The notes: generated by a model not told the origin, from the sequence alone. Positions 1 to 12,461 are shown, numbered from the stretch's first letter. The stretch: DNA of 64,000 nt from Nitrospirota bacterium (GCA_040754455.1 JBFMCP010000004.1:52413-116412); one strand, 5' to 3'. A program made the numbers and translations.

Positions 1-2
1 TG

Positions 3-566
3 ACCGATGAGGGGATCATAAAGAACAGGGTGCTGAACGTGCATGCAGACCTCGCCCAGGAGGACCTTACCAGGATTGCCGAATATCTCAACGCGGAGTA
101 CGCGGGCAGCACGCTCGACGAAATAAAGAGCTCGCTGATAAAGCGTATGAAGCACGAAAAGGCTCTCTGGGACAAGCTCATTGCAAAGGCGATGGAGATC
201 TGCGAGCAGGCTCTCTCCTTCGGTGAGGACGATATCTTCGTATCGAATCTCTACGATGTCATGGATCTGCCCGACTTTTCCAACATTGCGCGGATCAAGG
301 AGCTTTCCCGCGCCATCAAGGACAAACATATGATCGTGAGTCTCCTCGATGACTTCATCGAAGCGGACGGTGTGAATGTCGTCATCGGTGATGAAAATCC
401 GATTGAGGATCTGAGGCGGTTGAGCGTCGTCTCCTCCACCTACAAGGAAGGGGACCGTCCGATGGGTGTCATTGCATTGATCGGTCCGACGAGAATGGAC
501 TATGCAAAGGCCATTTTTATGGTCGATGCAGTGGCAAAATGCGTAAGCAGAACATTCGAGAGCTAG
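3..566 (+). CDS. hrcA: Heat-inducible transcription repressor HrcA (5' end outside window)
   Basis: Frame open from position 3; C-terminal GVIALIGPTRMDY motif; directly upstream of grpE-dnaK-dnaJ. Confidence 0.93.
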   Translation, partial: TDEGIIKNRVLNVHADLAQEDLTRIAEYLNAEYAGSTLDEIKSSLIKRMKHEKALWDKLIAKAMEICEQALSFGEDDIFVSNLYDVMDLPDFSNIARIKELSRAIKDKHMIVSLLDDFIEADGVNVVIGDENPIEDLRRLSVVSSTYKEGDRPMGVIALIGPTRMDYAKAIFMVDAVAKCVSRTFES

Positions 567-580
567 GATAGTCAGGGAGG

Positions 581-1153
581 ATGGATATGGCTGAGAAAGA
601 TCAGGCGACAGAGACCGCAGAGAGCACCCCGGGCAAACCCGAAGAGCTCGGGGTCTCGCCGGAGCTCGAGGATAAGGTGACGGAAACGGTTGAGCATATA
701 CAGGCAGAGCTTGAGGAGATGAAAGACAAGTATCTCAGGCTCTATGCGGATTTTGACAATTACCGGAAGAAAGTCCAGAAGGACAAAGAGGAGCTGGTAA
801 GGTATGCGAACGAATCGCTGGTCTACGAGCTCCTTCCCGTTATTGACAATCTCGAAATGGCGCTGAAGCATACTGCCGAGGGTAATTCCGAGGCCTTGCA
901 GGCGCTCGCCAAGGGTGTGGAAAACACCCTCAGGGAATTGAACAGGACTCTTGAGAAGTTCGGTGTAATACCGATCGAGGCGCAGAATAAGGCCTTTGAT
1001 CCCGCCTACCATCATGCAATGCAGCAGGTCGAGCGGTCTGATGTGGAGAGCAACACCGTGGTGGAAGAGTTCAGAAAAGGCTATCTGTTCAAAGACAAAG
1101 TCTTGCGGCCTTCTCTTGTCGTTGTCTCGAAGAAACCGGACGGCAATCAATAA
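581..1153 (+). CDS. grpE: Nucleotide exchange factor GrpE
   Basis: YLRLYADFDNYRK, FDPAYHHAM, GYLFKDKVLRPSLVVV motifs; synteny. Confidence 0.97.
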   Translation: MDMAEKDQATETAESTPGKPEELGVSPELEDKVTETVEHIQAELEEMKDKYLRLYADFDNYRKKVQKDKEELVRYANESLVYELLPVIDNLEMALKHTAEGNSEALQALAKGVENTLRELNRTLEKFGVIPIEAQNKAFDPAYHHAMQQVERSDVESNTVVEEFRKGYLFKDKVLRPSLVVVSKKPDGNQ

Positions 1154-1196
1154 AATACCATCTGAAAAAATTACCTGTTAAGGCAAGGAGGATGAA

Positions 1197-3110
1197 ATGG
1201 GAAAGGCGATAGGCATAGATCTCGGCACGACGAACTCGGTAGTTGCGGTGGTAATGGGTGGAGAGCCGGTAGTTATTCCGAACCAGGAGGGGAACCGGAC
1301 AACCCCGTCCGTTGTCGCTTTTACCGATAAAGGAGAGCGGCTTGTCGGCCAGATCGCCAAGCGGCAGGCGATCACCAATCCTGAGAATACCATTTTTTCG
1401 ATAAAGAGGCTTATGGGAAGGAAGTACAACTCCCCCGAAGTGGAACATGCAAAGAAGCGGCTCCCCTACAAGATCGTCGAGGCGCCGAACGGCGATGCCC
1501 ATGTCGAGATACGGGGGAAACGGTATTCTCCTCCCGAGATTTCCGCGATGATCCTCCAAAAGCTGAAACAGGCGGCAGAAGATTACCTCGGCGAGCCGGT
1601 TACCGACGCGGTGATCACAGTCCCTGCCTATTTCGATGACAGCCAGCGGCAGGCGACCAAGGATGCGGGCCAGATTGCGGGCCTCAATGTACTGAGAATC
1701 ATCAACGAGCCGACTGCTGCAGCCCTTGCCTACGGTCTCGAAAAGAAGAAAGAGGAAGAGGTCGCGGTCTATGACCTCGGCGGCGGTACGTTCGACATCT
1801 CGATCCTCGAAATCGGTGAGGGCGTCATCGAGGTGCGGGCTACCAACGGTGATACGTATCTCGGCGGCGATGACTTCGATCTGCGGGTCATGGATTGGCT
1901 GGTGGACGAATTCAAGAAGGAGCAGGGCATTGATCTCAGGAACGACAAGATGGCGCTCCAGAGGCTCAAGGAGGCTGCGGAAAGGGCTAAGATAGAGCTC
2001 TCTACTGCATCGGAAACGGAGATCAACCTTCCCTTTATTACCGCCGATGCGACGGGACCGAAGCACCTGCTCATGAAACTCTCGAGATCCAAATTCGAGC
2101 AGCTCACCGACGACCTCATGCAGAAGACCATAGAGCCCTGCAAGAGGGCGCTCGCCGATGCAAAGTACTCGCAGTCCGATATCGATGAGGTGATTCTCGT
2201 CGGAGGACAGACGAGGACGCCCAAGGTGCAGCAGATCGTCCAGGGATACTTCGGAAAAGAGCCGAACAAGTCGGTCAACCCTGATGAAGTGGTCGCCGTC
2301 GGCGCAGCAATACAGGGTGCAGTGCTCAAGGGAGAGGTGAAAGAGGTGCTGCTGCTGGATGTCACGCCTCTCTCGCTCGGTATCGAGACGCTCGGCGGCA
2401 TCTTCACCAAGATCATCGAGAGGAACACGACCATTCCTACCAAGAAATCGCAGATATTCTCCACGGCATCGGACAACCAGCCGGCGGTCACCATAAAGAT
2501 TTATCAGGGAGAGCGCGAGATGGCTGCTGACAATAAGCTGCTCGGTGTCTTCGAGCTTGTCGGGATCCCCCCTGCACCCAGAGGCGTGCCGCAGATCGAG
2601 GTTACCTTCGACATCGACGCCAACGGCATCCTCCATGTCTCCGCAAAGGACCTTGGCACTGGCAAGGAGCAGTCCATACGGATTACCGCATCGAGCGGGC
2701 TTTCGGATGAAGAGGTAAAGAGGATGATGCGCGATGCAGAGGCACATGCGGAAGAAGACAGAAAGAGAAAAGAGCTCATCGAGGCGAAGAATCAGGCCGA
2801 TACGCTGATTTACTCTGTCGAGAAATCGCTCAAAGAGTACGGCGACAAGGTTACCGAGACGGAGAAAAAAGAGATCGAAGCAGCCCTCGAGAAGTGCAGG
2901 AAGGCCAAAGACACGGGAACGACTGCCGACGAAGTGCGCTCAGCGATGGATGAGCTTACCAGGGCATCACATAAGATAGCCGAGCATATCTACAAGGCTG
3001 CACAGGAACAGCAGGCCGGTGCAGGGGCTGCGGGGGCCGGCGCAAAGGCCAAGTCTCCTGAAGAAGAAGTAGTAGAAGCAGAATTTGAAGATGTGGATAA
3101 AAACAAATAG
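1197..3110 (+). CDS. dnaK: Chaperone DnaK (Hsp70)
   Basis: [36 protein letters not shown]. Confidence 0.99.
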   Translation: MGKAIGIDLGTTNSVVAVVMGGEPVVIPNQEGNRTTPSVVAFTDKGERLVGQIAKRQAITNPENTIFSIKRLMGRKYNSPEVEHAKKRLPYKIVEAPNGDAHVEIRGKRYSPPEISAMILQKLKQAAEDYLGEPVTDAVITVPAYFDDSQRQATKDAGQIAGLNVLRIINEPTAAALAYGLEKKKEEEVAVYDLGGGTFDISILEIGEGVIEVRATNGDTYLGGDDFDLRVMDWLVDEFKKEQGIDLRNDKMALQRLKEAAERAKIELSTASETEINLPFITADATGPKHLLMKLSRSKFEQLTDDLMQKTIEPCKRALADAKYSQSDIDEVILVGGQTRTPKVQQIVQGYFGKEPNKSVNPDEVVAVGAAIQGAVLKGEVKEVLLLDVTPLSLGIETLGGIFTKIIERNTTIPTKKSQIFSTASDNQPAVTIKIYQGEREMAADNKLLGVFELVGIPPAPRGVPQIEVTFDIDANGILHVSAKDLGTGKEQSIRITASSGLSDEEVKRMMRDAEAHAEEDRKRKELIEAKNQADTLIYSVEKSLKEYGDKVTETEKKEIEAALEKCRKAKDTGTTADEVRSAMDELTRASHKIAEHIYKAAQEQQAGAGAAGAGAKAKSPEEEVVEAEFEDVDKNK

Positions 3111-3112
3111 TG

Positions 3113-4231
3113 ATGAAAGATTATTATAAGGTCCTGGGCGTAGACCGTTCGGCAACACAGGAAGAGATAAAAAAGGTTTTTCGGCAGCTCGCTTTAAAAT
3201 ATCACCCTGACCGGAATCAGGGCGACAAGGAGGCGGAAGAGAAATTCAAGGAGATCAACGAGGCCTATTCCTGCATCGGTGATCCTGAAAAGCGCGCCCA
3301 CTATGATCGCTACGGTACTGCGGAGGGCTTCGGTGCAGGCGCCGGCGCCGGGTTCGGCGGCTTTGGTGCAGGCGCTCCCTTCAGCGATATTTTCGAAGAT
3401 ATCTTCGACGATTTCTTCGGCGCTTTCGGAGGGGGCGGGGCTAAGAGGGCGAGGGCGACCAAAGGCGCCGATTTGCGGTACAACATGACCATTACCCTCG
3501 AAGAGTGCGCTTTCGGTACTGAAAAGGAAATAAAGATCCCTCGTTGGCAGTCGTGCGATGTCTGCAGCGGCTCCGGCGCAGAGCCGGGCAAGCCGCCGGT
3601 CACCTGCAGCCAGTGCAAGGGAACAGGACACATCCGGTTTCAGCAGGGTTTCTTCAGTGTCTCAAAGACCTGCGGCAAATGCCAGGGCACGGGCAAGATC
3701 ATCACCGATCCGTGCCATGCCTGTAAAGGCAACGGGAAAATAAAAGTTCAGAGAGAAGTGTTAGTAAAGATCCCTGCCGGTGTCGACAACGGCTCGCGTC
3801 TGAGAATGACCGGCGAGGGAGACTTCGGCAGCTATGGCGGCCCTCCGGGTGATCTCTACATTGTGCTCACGGTTGAAGAGCATCCTTTCTTCAAACGCGA
3901 GGGGATGGATGTCCTTTGCCAGATGCCGCTCTCGTTCCCCAAAGCGGTATTTGGGGGGGAGGTCGAGGTGCCCACACTCAACGGGCCGGCAAAGCTCAGG
4001 ATCCCTCCGGGAACACCCTCGGGGAAGTCTTTTCACCTTAAAGGCAGAGGGATACCGAAGCTCGGCAGCCACTATCGGGGAGATCAGATCGTGAGTGTCT
4101 ACATCGATGTGCCCAAAAAGCTCACCCCGCGTCAGAAGGAGCTGCTCGAGGAGTTTGCCAGTATCGGCGACGAGACGCATGATGAGGCGAAGGGGTTCAA
4201 GAGCAAGCTGAAAGACCTCTTCTCAATGTGA
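3113..4231 (+). CDS. dnaJ: Chaperone DnaJ
   Basis: J domain with HPD, G/F-rich linker, four CxxCxGxG repeats. Confidence 0.98.
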   Translation: MKDYYKVLGVDRSATQEEIKKVFRQLALKYHPDRNQGDKEAEEKFKEINEAYSCIGDPEKRAHYDRYGTAEGFGAGAGAGFGGFGAGAPFSDIFEDIFDDFFGAFGGGGAKRARATKGADLRYNMTITLEECAFGTEKEIKIPRWQSCDVCSGSGAEPGKPPVTCSQCKGTGHIRFQQGFFSVSKTCGKCQGTGKIITDPCHACKGNGKIKVQREVLVKIPAGVDNGSRLRMTGEGDFGSYGGPPGDLYIVLTVEEHPFFKREGMDVLCQMPLSFPKAVFGGEVEVPTLNGPAKLRIPPGTPSGKSFHLKGRGIPKLGSHYRGDQIVSVYIDVPKKLTPRQKELLEEFASIGDETHDEAKGFKSKLKDLFSM

Positions 4232-4274
4232 GAGCCCTCCCGCATATCTCAATTCTGAATACCTCTGATTATCG

Positions 4275-5045
4275 ATGAGAATATTCATAGCCCCGGAACA
4301 TATCCAGCGGCAGCACGATATCAAAGTCCCTGCAGATAAAGCCCACTATATTATCTCCGTGCTCAGGAGCAGAGTAGGCGACCCCATCGAGATTATCGAT
4401 GGCAGAGGAAAGGCCTTTGAGGCGATTATCACCGGCATAACGAGAAGGGATGTTGTGGTCGACCTGCGGAGAGAGCTTCCTGCAAATGCCGAATCGCCGG
4501 CTTACCTCGTCCTCTGCCAGGGGATGCTGAAGGGCGAGAAGATGGACCTCGTAGTGCAGAAGGCGACCGAGCTGGGTACGAAGGAAATCATTCCTCTTAT
4601 CACCGAACGCTGTATCGTAAGGGCCACGCGAAAAGTACAGCGCTGGAGCACCATTGCCGAAGAGGCCGCGGAGCAGTGCGGCAGGGCGTTTATTCCGATA
4701 GTGCATGAGCCGGAGGAGTTGAACTCTTGGCTCATGGCACACAGCTCATCACAGTTAAAGGGCTTTATCTTTTGGGAGGAGGGAGGCGTGCCATTACGCG
4801 AAGCGTTTCAAAAGGTGTCCGACTACCTGATTCTCCCATCCACCCATTCACCCATTCACCTTATCATCGGTCCTGAAGGAGGGCTCACTGCCGCTGAAAT
4901 CAAGAGTGCGGAAGCGAGAGGGCTCATAAGGACATCGCTTGGCAGCCGCACGCTCCGCGCTGAAACAGCGGCGATTGTTTCGATGGCACTGGTACAGTTT
5001 CTTGTCGAGAATAGAGAGAAGTTACCAGTGACAAATGGCCAGTGA
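4275..5045 (+). CDS. rsmE: 16S rRNA m3U1498 methyltransferase RsmE
   Basis: VQKATELG, EAAEQCGR, IIGPEGG, LGSRTLRAETA SPOUT motifs. Confidence 0.95.
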   Translation: MRIFIAPEHIQRQHDIKVPADKAHYIISVLRSRVGDPIEIIDGRGKAFEAIITGITRRDVVVDLRRELPANAESPAYLVLCQGMLKGEKMDLVVQKATELGTKEIIPLITERCIVRATRKVQRWSTIAEEAAEQCGRAFIPIVHEPEELNSWLMAHSSSQLKGFIFWEEGGVPLREAFQKVSDYLILPSTHSPIHLIIGPEGGLTAAEIKSAEARGLIRTSLGSRTLRAETAAIVSMALVQFLVENREKLPVTNGQ

Positions 5046-5063
5046 TTATCGCTATAATCAGGT

Positions 5064-6377
5064 ATGGCTGAGCGTAACGAGTCCCCCCTCAGGAATCATA
5101 GCTATCTCCTCATTCTTTTGATTGCCGCAACCGTCATTGTCGCCACCAGCACGGTTCTGAACTATCGGAGTGCGGTATCCACCGCAGGAGATTCCCTGAG
5201 GCTTCAGGCCTTCGGCATTGCTGTCAGCCTTGAAGCATCGCTTAAAGACCGCAGCGGACTGCCTGTAGTGGACAGTAAGCTGCCGGCGCCCGGCAATAGA
5301 AACAACCTCTTCAAAGATATTATTGCAGAAGGGAACTGGGAAGGAATTGCCTTTATTGCGCTTTATGACCGTGAAGGGATGACGCTTCTCCACTCGAATG
5401 AGAATCTTATCGGCAGGCGCATCACTGATGCAACCATCAGGAGCGTTGCAGCAAGCGGCAGCCCTGCGCATGGCTATTTCACTCTGGGGACCGGTGAAAG
5501 GGTTTTTATTCTTGATTTTCCTGTCCATCTTCAGAATTCCGTAGGCATTCTCAGGCTGTCCCTCCATACCTATCCTGTAGAGCGTAGTGTGCGACAGGCA
5601 CGATTTCAGCTTGCAAGTATTACATTCATCATCGGTATTCTATGGGGTATGGGATTTTTTTTCATAAGAGCGGTCAAGCGTTCCGAAGAGCTGAAAAAGG
5701 CAATGGCTGAAAGAGAGCGGCTCGCCGTACTGGGGGGAATGGCCTCGGTGCTCGCCCATGAGATACGGAATCCGCTCGGCAGCATAAAGGGGTTCGCTCA
5801 ATATCTCAGAGAAGGCAAACGCCAGGAGCAGGATAATAAGGAATACCTCGATATCATCGTGTCCGAATCGGAGCGGCTCGAGGCGCTGACCGAGGATCTC
5901 CTCCTCTACGCAAAGCCGGTGGAGATAAAGGCGGAAGCGTTCGATCTCAATAATCTTATAGGTGAAGTGGTGCGGATGGTGCAGGGCTGTAGCGAGGGTA
6001 AACCGGGTCTTACCGTGCAGCAGTCTGCTGCGCCTGCATTACTGATGAAGTCGGATAAGGATAGGCTCAGGCAGGTGCTGCTGAACATCATGCAGAATGC
6101 TGCCGATGCAGTGGAAGGTTCAGGGATGGTTGCGATAAGCACCCAGGGTGCGGGAGATAGGATAATAATAACCATAAAGGATAACGGCTGCGGCATGGAT
6201 AAAGAGACAAAGGAGAAAGCCTTCACACCCTTCTACACGACAAAGACTCGCGGTACGGGCCTGGGCCTTGCCATTGTCGATAAATTGGTGAAAGCGCTCG
6301 ACGGCACGATAGAGGTGGAAAGCGAATACGGGAAAGGAACGGAGTTCAGAATTACTTTGCCGAGGAATCTTATATAA
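5064..6377 (+). CDS. Membrane sensor histidine kinase (ZraS/HydH-like)
   Basis: Two TM segments, AHEIRNPL H-box, N/G1/F/G2 boxes; paired with a sigma54 regulator. Confidence 0.88.
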   Translation: MAERNESPLRNHSYLLILLIAATVIVATSTVLNYRSAVSTAGDSLRLQAFGIAVSLEASLKDRSGLPVVDSKLPAPGNRNNLFKDIIAEGNWEGIAFIALYDREGMTLLHSNENLIGRRITDATIRSVAASGSPAHGYFTLGTGERVFILDFPVHLQNSVGILRLSLHTYPVERSVRQARFQLASITFIIGILWGMGFFFIRAVKRSEELKKAMAERERLAVLGGMASVLAHEIRNPLGSIKGFAQYLREGKRQEQDNKEYLDIIVSESERLEALTEDLLLYAKPVEIKAEAFDLNNLIGEVVRMVQGCSEGKPGLTVQQSAAPALLMKSDKDRLRQVLLNIMQNAADAVEGSGMVAISTQGAGDRIIITIKDNGCGMDKETKEKAFTPFYTTKTRGTGLGLAIVDKLVKALDGTIEVESEYGKGTEFRITLPRNLI

Positions 6378-6420
6378 TAAAAACGGTGGATAAGCTTGCA
6401 ATGGCACCATAAGAAAGGTT

Positions 6421-7737
<1,317 letters not shown>

Positions 7738-7743
<6 letters not shown>

Positions 7744-7899
7744 TCTTATGGTTGGGAAGGAGGCACCAAAAGGAAATAAAGTTTCCGTATTGCCCCACGC
7801 TTGTGAGCCGAACAAGACAACCTGCACAAGTCTGTCGCCATAAAGTTCTTTCAGCTTATGCCGCACCTCACCTCTCACCAGCTCGATCGAGGAATCCAT
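7738..7899 (-). pseudogene. Truncated minimal nucleotidyltransferase (MNT antitoxin-like) relic
   Basis: Manual translation MDSSIELVRGEVRHKLKELYGDRLVQVVLFGSQAWGN... after a GGAGGGAGG RBS; matches the MNT N-terminus but lacks the SDxD motif. Confidence 0.7.
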
Positions 7900-8054
7900 A
7901 ACCTCCCTCCTTCAGAGTCTTTCGCAACACTATACACATTATGCCATTTGTATGATCACAGCGGAAAAGGGCTGAAAAAAGGGGGTGTTTGGTATAAAAT
8001 GATGTACTGGATAATTCAATTAAGGCATTTTGCGGCATGGGGGAGCAGCATATC

Positions 8055-8181
8055 ATGGGTTCTAAAAAGCGTTGACGGTTAGAGGAAAAACGGCGAAATT
8101 TACAGTCATATACGCAAAAAATGGCTTGTTGAAACGCCAGAAGAACATGTCCGTCAGGAATATCTTTGTTTTCTACTATAG
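8055..8181 (+). pseudogene. Relic of an HsdR-N-like domain (type I R-M / N-6 methylase-fusion N-terminus)
   Basis: 8089-8181 reads NGEIYSHIRKKWLVETPEEHVRQEYLCFLL*, with the TPEExVRQ motif; out of frame with the upstream ATG and prematurely stopped. Confidence 0.65.
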
Positions 8182-8309
8182 CTTGTTCGAGAGGAGGGAT
8201 GGACTTTTTAATTTAACTCCGGTTGTCTGAAAGAAAATGGGACGGGAATATTATTTTGATTTTGGATAAGACTTTCGGGAAGGAATTGGGAGAAAGGAGA
8301 ACCAAAAAC

Positions 8310-8657
8310 ATGTCGCTGCCGGTTTTAGTGAAAACGCTTGTAGAAAAGAAAATCGGTGCATACTGTAAGAGAAGGGTGCCGACATATGCGGCGGATAAAG
8401 TGAATCTTTCCTATAAAATACGCGGCAATAGTGTCACTCTCTTTGAGAACAGGGCACCGTGGCATCCTGACATGAAAGAGTGGACATCCATGGCGATTGC
8501 ACAGATAAGATATGACAATGCAACCGGCACATGGACGCTTTATTGCGCAGACAGAAACGATAGATGGCATGAATACCGGGATATGGAGCCGACGAAAAAT
8601 TTAGACGAAATATTGAAGGAGATAGATAAAGACCCTACAGGCATATTCTGGGGTTAA
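8310..8657 (+). CDS. DUF3024 family protein
   Basis: IAQIRYD..TGTWTLY.ADRNDRWH.Y and IDKDPTGIFWG C-terminus; AGGAG RBS before ATG 8310. Confidence 0.8.
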   Translation: MSLPVLVKTLVEKKIGAYCKRRVPTYAADKVNLSYKIRGNSVTLFENRAPWHPDMKEWTSMAIAQIRYDNATGTWTLYCADRNDRWHEYRDMEPTKNLDEILKEIDKDPTGIFWG

Positions 8658-8821
8658 TTTTTCATTGAAAACTCATTGATCCAGGTGATACCCTCCTCCT
8701 TTCTGAACGTGGCAAACTGCCGCTTCGCATACAAAGGGTTGAGGTAACTTGGCAGGGAAAAGAATGAGAGCGTTTTGGGAGCCCAACATGTCGATCACGG
8801 ATGTAACGAGTAAAGGCCACG

Positions 8822-8854
8822 TGCAAATATTGCATCGGGAGTGCAAAAATTGCA
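8822..8854. promoter_or_regulatory. Tandem palindromic upstream activator sites TGCA-N5-TGCA
   Basis: TGCAAATATTGCA and TGCAAAAATTGCA 20 bp apart, about 125-155 bp upstream of a sigma54 promoter. Confidence 0.7.
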
Positions 8855-8976
8855 TTTGAAGCAGGCGCGAGGTCATGGGTATAGGTCATGGGCAAGCTGA
8901 TAGAATCCCCGGAGAATATGGATTTTCAGCCTGCTTCCTATAACCCAACCCCATTGCCTATCACCCATTCTCCGCA

Positions 8977-8992
8977 TGGCACGGCACTTGCT
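8977..8992 (+). promoter_or_regulatory. Sigma54 -24/-12 promoter
   Basis: TGGCACGGCACTTGCT, exact GG-N10-GC consensus. Confidence 0.9.
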
Positions 8993-9040
8993 TTTATCCG
9001 GGGAGGAAGTGAAAACCGATGTGGAGAAGGAGGTGAGATA

Positions 9041-9457
9041 ATGAGAAAGGCAGTAATCGCGAGCCTTGCAGTGATTCTGGTCGCGGCAGTCGTTACCGGT
9101 GCTATGGCCATTGGCCCTGGATACGGCAGGGGTATGATGGGCATGGGGCCTGGCTTCGGTGCAGGGGCGAACCTTACTCCTGAGCAGGTCCAGAAGTTTG
9201 AGCAGTTCCAGAAAGAAGTTGCACCTCTTCGCGAACAGATGTTCAAGCTGAGGACAGAAATGATGACCCTCAGGTCACAGGCAAACCCTGACTGGAAAGC
9301 TATTGCCGATAAGCAGAAGGCAATGGTTGATGTCAGGATGGAGATCTGGAAAAAGGCAGCAGATGCCGGTGTCGGACCCGGACAGTGCGGGTGCGGTATG
9401 AACATGGGCGCCAGAGGCCAGGGCCGTATGATGGGCATGGGCAGAATGGCTATGTAA
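9041..9457 (+). CDS. Periplasmic ZraP/Spy/CpxP-like protein
   Basis: Signal peptide, G/M-rich tails, NLTPEQ followed by a helical hairpin; AGGAGGT RBS. Confidence 0.8.
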   Translation: MRKAVIASLAVILVAAVVTGAMAIGPGYGRGMMGMGPGFGAGANLTPEQVQKFEQFQKEVAPLREQMFKLRTEMMTLRSQANPDWKAIADKQKAMVDVRMEIWKKAADAGVGPGQCGCGMNMGARGQGRMMGMGRMAM

Positions 9458-9673
9458 TAAGAATCTATTTCAGTAGGCAGGTGATCGGAAGCAGGGGGCA
9501 CAGTATGTTCGTCTCATTCTCGCAAGGCATCCAGCCTTGCTGCGAGGCTCCGCCAGCCCGCTCCGCCGTCCATGACTACTCCTGGGCTGCCGAAGCCGCT
9601 CACATACTGTGCACCCCTGCCTCCTAATGAGATAGGTTCTAGCGGGAATGCAAAGAAAAGCACAACAAAAGAT

Positions 9674-10099
9674 ATGAGCACAGCTTTCAAGATATGCATC
9701 GCAGGACTTGTTGTCCTCCTTATCATACCGCTGGCGTCGGCATTCGCAGAGTCCGATGTCAAAGAGGGGTATGACGAGAATACCGAGATAACGATGAGGG
9801 GAAAGATTACAGAAATCGTGCAGGAGAGGAGAGGGCCTGTTATCGTTCGGCTTAAATCCGGAAACAAAACCTATGCGGTGGTTACCGCCCCCCCCTGGCA
9901 TCTGGAGAGCGAGCGGGCCGCCTTTACTCCAGGCTCGGAAATAGAAGTGAGAGGTTCCAAATATTTCGGAAGAGACGGTGCTCTCTATATTGTAGCAAGG
10001 CACCTGAAGGATCTCGCGACAGGCAGGGTGATCACCTTGAGAGACTCATCGTGCAAACCGATGTGGATGCATCGCGGACATCCCCGGCTCCGGCCCTGA
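9674..10099 (+). CDS. Exported OB-fold-like protein
   Basis: Signal peptide (ASA/AFA), YD..TE.T..G.I and GSEIEVRGSK beta pattern. Confidence 0.6.
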   Translation: MSTAFKICIAGLVVLLIIPLASAFAESDVKEGYDENTEITMRGKITEIVQERRGPVIVRLKSGNKTYAVVTAPPWHLESERAAFTPGSEIEVRGSKYFGRDGALYIVARHLKDLATGRVITLRDSSCKPMWMHRGHPRLRP

Positions 10100-10355
10100 T
10101 ATATCTTCAACGAAATACCCTTTCTCCTCAAAACCCGCCTACGTTTCCAATGCTTTTCTAGCTCGCTACTGCTTGTCGGGGGAGGTGTGAGTAAAGAACA
10201 CAAAATATGATATAGTATTATCCCGTATTTTGACGCGATGCATTGATTCAAGATTGTTTTCAAAAAAGACGAAAAAGAAGGAGATGGCAATTCTCTTTTT
10301 AAATAAATCAAAGCCTCGGGGGCTGAAGAATACAGCGTGAAAGGGTAAACGAGGT

Positions 10356-12461
10356 ATGTCTATTCAGAAACCAGCCCTCAAAATCGGTGATCTGCTCATC
10401 AAAAACGGCCTCATCAGCGAGAGCCAGCTTCAGGAAGCATTAGCCCGCCAGAAAGAGTTGAAGGAGAAAGGTGAAGTCGCCCTTCTGGGGAATGTCCTCG
10501 TGGAGATGAAGATCCTTACGGCAACACAGCTTTTGAAATTCCTTCACCGGCATGCGATAAAACCTCCCCTCGGTGAGATATTGCTGCTTGATAAAAAGAT
10601 AACGAAAAGAGACCTGGCGAACGCCCTTGCATTGCAGGAACGTTATCCCGACAGAAAGCTGGGAGATATACTCATCAATGATCTCAAAGTAATCAGTGAT
10701 GATGTGCTGACCGCTGCCATAGCAAAACAGAACGATATCTCAAGAATCAAACCGGCGATATCAGATGTCGATCCAGACGTGCTCTTTGCCTTCAGCAAGG
10801 AAACTCTGTTGAGCAATATGTTTGTTCCGTACAAGAAAATCGAGACGGAAAACGGGGAGATTAGCTGCCAGATCCTCATTTCCACGCCGGGGAGGGGTGA
10901 TCTGCGGAAGATCGAAGATATGGTGGGCGCCGCAATTGTACGGGCACAGAGATCGAACGGAGCATCCGCTTCAGGCAACGGCGCTCAACCGAAGAAGGTA
11001 CAGTTCGAGTATGCGCTTGCAAGTGCGGACGAAATACGGACGTTCATTGCCACCGTATTCGAGCAAAAGGAAGCAATAAGCTTCTCCCGCAAGGTCAATG
11101 TCGAGGCCAACGAGGCAAGCAACATATTAATGATTGGCAGCAAGTACTATTCGACGAACTCCAACCTCAATATCTTCATGCAGATACTCATGAAGGCCCT
11201 GGACGCCGGAGCTTCCGATGTTCATATCGAACCGATGCGGGATCGGTTGCAGATCCGTTTCAGGATAGACGGGGTATTGATCAGGCAGCCTGATCTGCCC
11301 AAGACATTGAACAGCGTTTTTGTTAGAGGTCTCAAGAATTTCTTCAGGATGAAGGATTCCCATATGCTCAATGTTATTCTCGACGGTAGGAAGAGCGTGC
11401 TGTACAGCGATAAGAATGTAGAGGCTGACCTCAGGATCTCCGTGTTGCCCACGCTCTTCGGCGACAAGATGGTCGTGAGAATCCTCGTGCAGAATAAAGA
11501 AGTGCCCACGTTTGAGAAGCTCGGCATGTGCAAGAACATTCTCAAGAAATACAAAATGGTCTGCTCCTCTTCATCAGGGATTGTGATCATAACAGGGCCT
11601 ACCGGATCAGGCAAGACAACAACACTCTTCTCCACTATCGACTATCTCAGCAACGAGAATGTGAGTATTCTGACCCTTGAGGACCCCCCTGAGTATGTTA
11701 TTCATGGCGTATCGCAGGCAGTTGTGGGCGGGGAGGGCAAGAGGGAGATCAATTATGCCGAAGCGCTCAAGGGCGCATTGCGACAGGACCCCGATATCAT
11801 CATGTTCGGTGAAATGCGCGATTTCGAGTCAGCGAACGTCGCATTGAACGCGGGGTTGACCGGGCATCTCCTCTTCTCGACGCTCCATACCAACGATTCT
11901 GCCTCAGCCATTACCAGAATCTTCGAGATGGGGATCAGGCCGTTCATGCTCTCCTCTACACTGGTGTCGATTCTCGGACAGCGATTGGTGCGGGTCATCT
12001 GTAAGGAGTGCAAAGAGGAGTATGAGGTATCCTCTGACGAACTGGAGTTCTTCGACATGTTCATACGAAACTTCCAGAGGGATACAGAATCAGGAGCAAT
12101 GAAATTTTACCGTGGGAGGGGATGTAAGGAATGCAACTATACCGGGTTTAAGGGGAGGATCGCAATCCATGAGTTGCTGTGCGTCAACGATGAGATTCGA
12201 CGGGTGGTGCTGAGCGTGGGAACGGCCAAGGATGTTGCGGCAATTGCCCGTGCTTACGGAATGACCTCGATGATAGAAGACGGCGCTTTCAAGGCTCTAC
12301 AGGGAATGACGACCCTTGAGGAGGTAATACGTGTTGCCAAGACCCTCGAGAATCCGGAGGACCGGAGGACAATGGAAGAAATCAGCCATTTGCTCGAGGG
12401 AGAGCTTACCCGTGAGGAATTGCTGTTGGCGGTGTATTCATCACGGCTTAAGGAGAAGTAG
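10356..12461 (+). CDS. GspE/PilB-family secretion ATPase with N-terminal MshEN-like motifs
   Basis: ASDVHIEP, GPTGSGKTTT, EDPPEY, LRQDPD, STLHTND, CxxC...CxxC zinc motif. Confidence 0.92.
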   Translation: MSIQKPALKIGDLLIKNGLISESQLQEALARQKELKEKGEVALLGNVLVEMKILTATQLLKFLHRHAIKPPLGEILLLDKKITKRDLANALALQERYPDRKLGDILINDLKVISDDVLTAAIAKQNDISRIKPAISDVDPDVLFAFSKETLLSNMFVPYKKIETENGEISCQILISTPGRGDLRKIEDMVGAAIVRAQRSNGASASGNGAQPKKVQFEYALASADEIRTFIATVFEQKEAISFSRKVNVEANEASNILMIGSKYYSTNSNLNIFMQILMKALDAGASDVHIEPMRDRLQIRFRIDGVLIRQPDLPKTLNSVFVRGLKNFFRMKDSHMLNVILDGRKSVLYSDKNVEADLRISVLPTLFGDKMVVRILVQNKEVPTFEKLGMCKNILKKYKMVCSSSSGIVIITGPTGSGKTTTLFSTIDYLSNENVSILTLEDPPEYVIHGVSQAVVGGEGKREINYAEALKGALRQDPDIIMFGEMRDFESANVALNAGLTGHLLFSTLHTNDSASAITRIFEMGIRPFMLSSTLVSILGQRLVRVICKECKEEYEVSSDELEFFDMFIRNFQRDTESGAMKFYRGRGCKECNYTGFKGRIAIHELLCVNDEIRRVVLSVGTAKDVAAIARAYGMTSMIEDGAFKALQGMTTLEEVIRVAKTLENPEDRRTMEEISHLLEGELTREELLLAVYSSRLKEK

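Noticed and set aside
1..600. CIRCE operator expected with hrcA
   Set aside because: No TTAGCACTC-N9-GAGTGCTAA seen; it would lie upstream of the window.
1089..2747. 552-aa ORF antisense to dnaK, and similar long antisense ORFs such as 35828-37207, 54657-55727 and 57905-58855
   Set aside because: Shadow frames of well-supported genes on the other strand; no motifs of their own.
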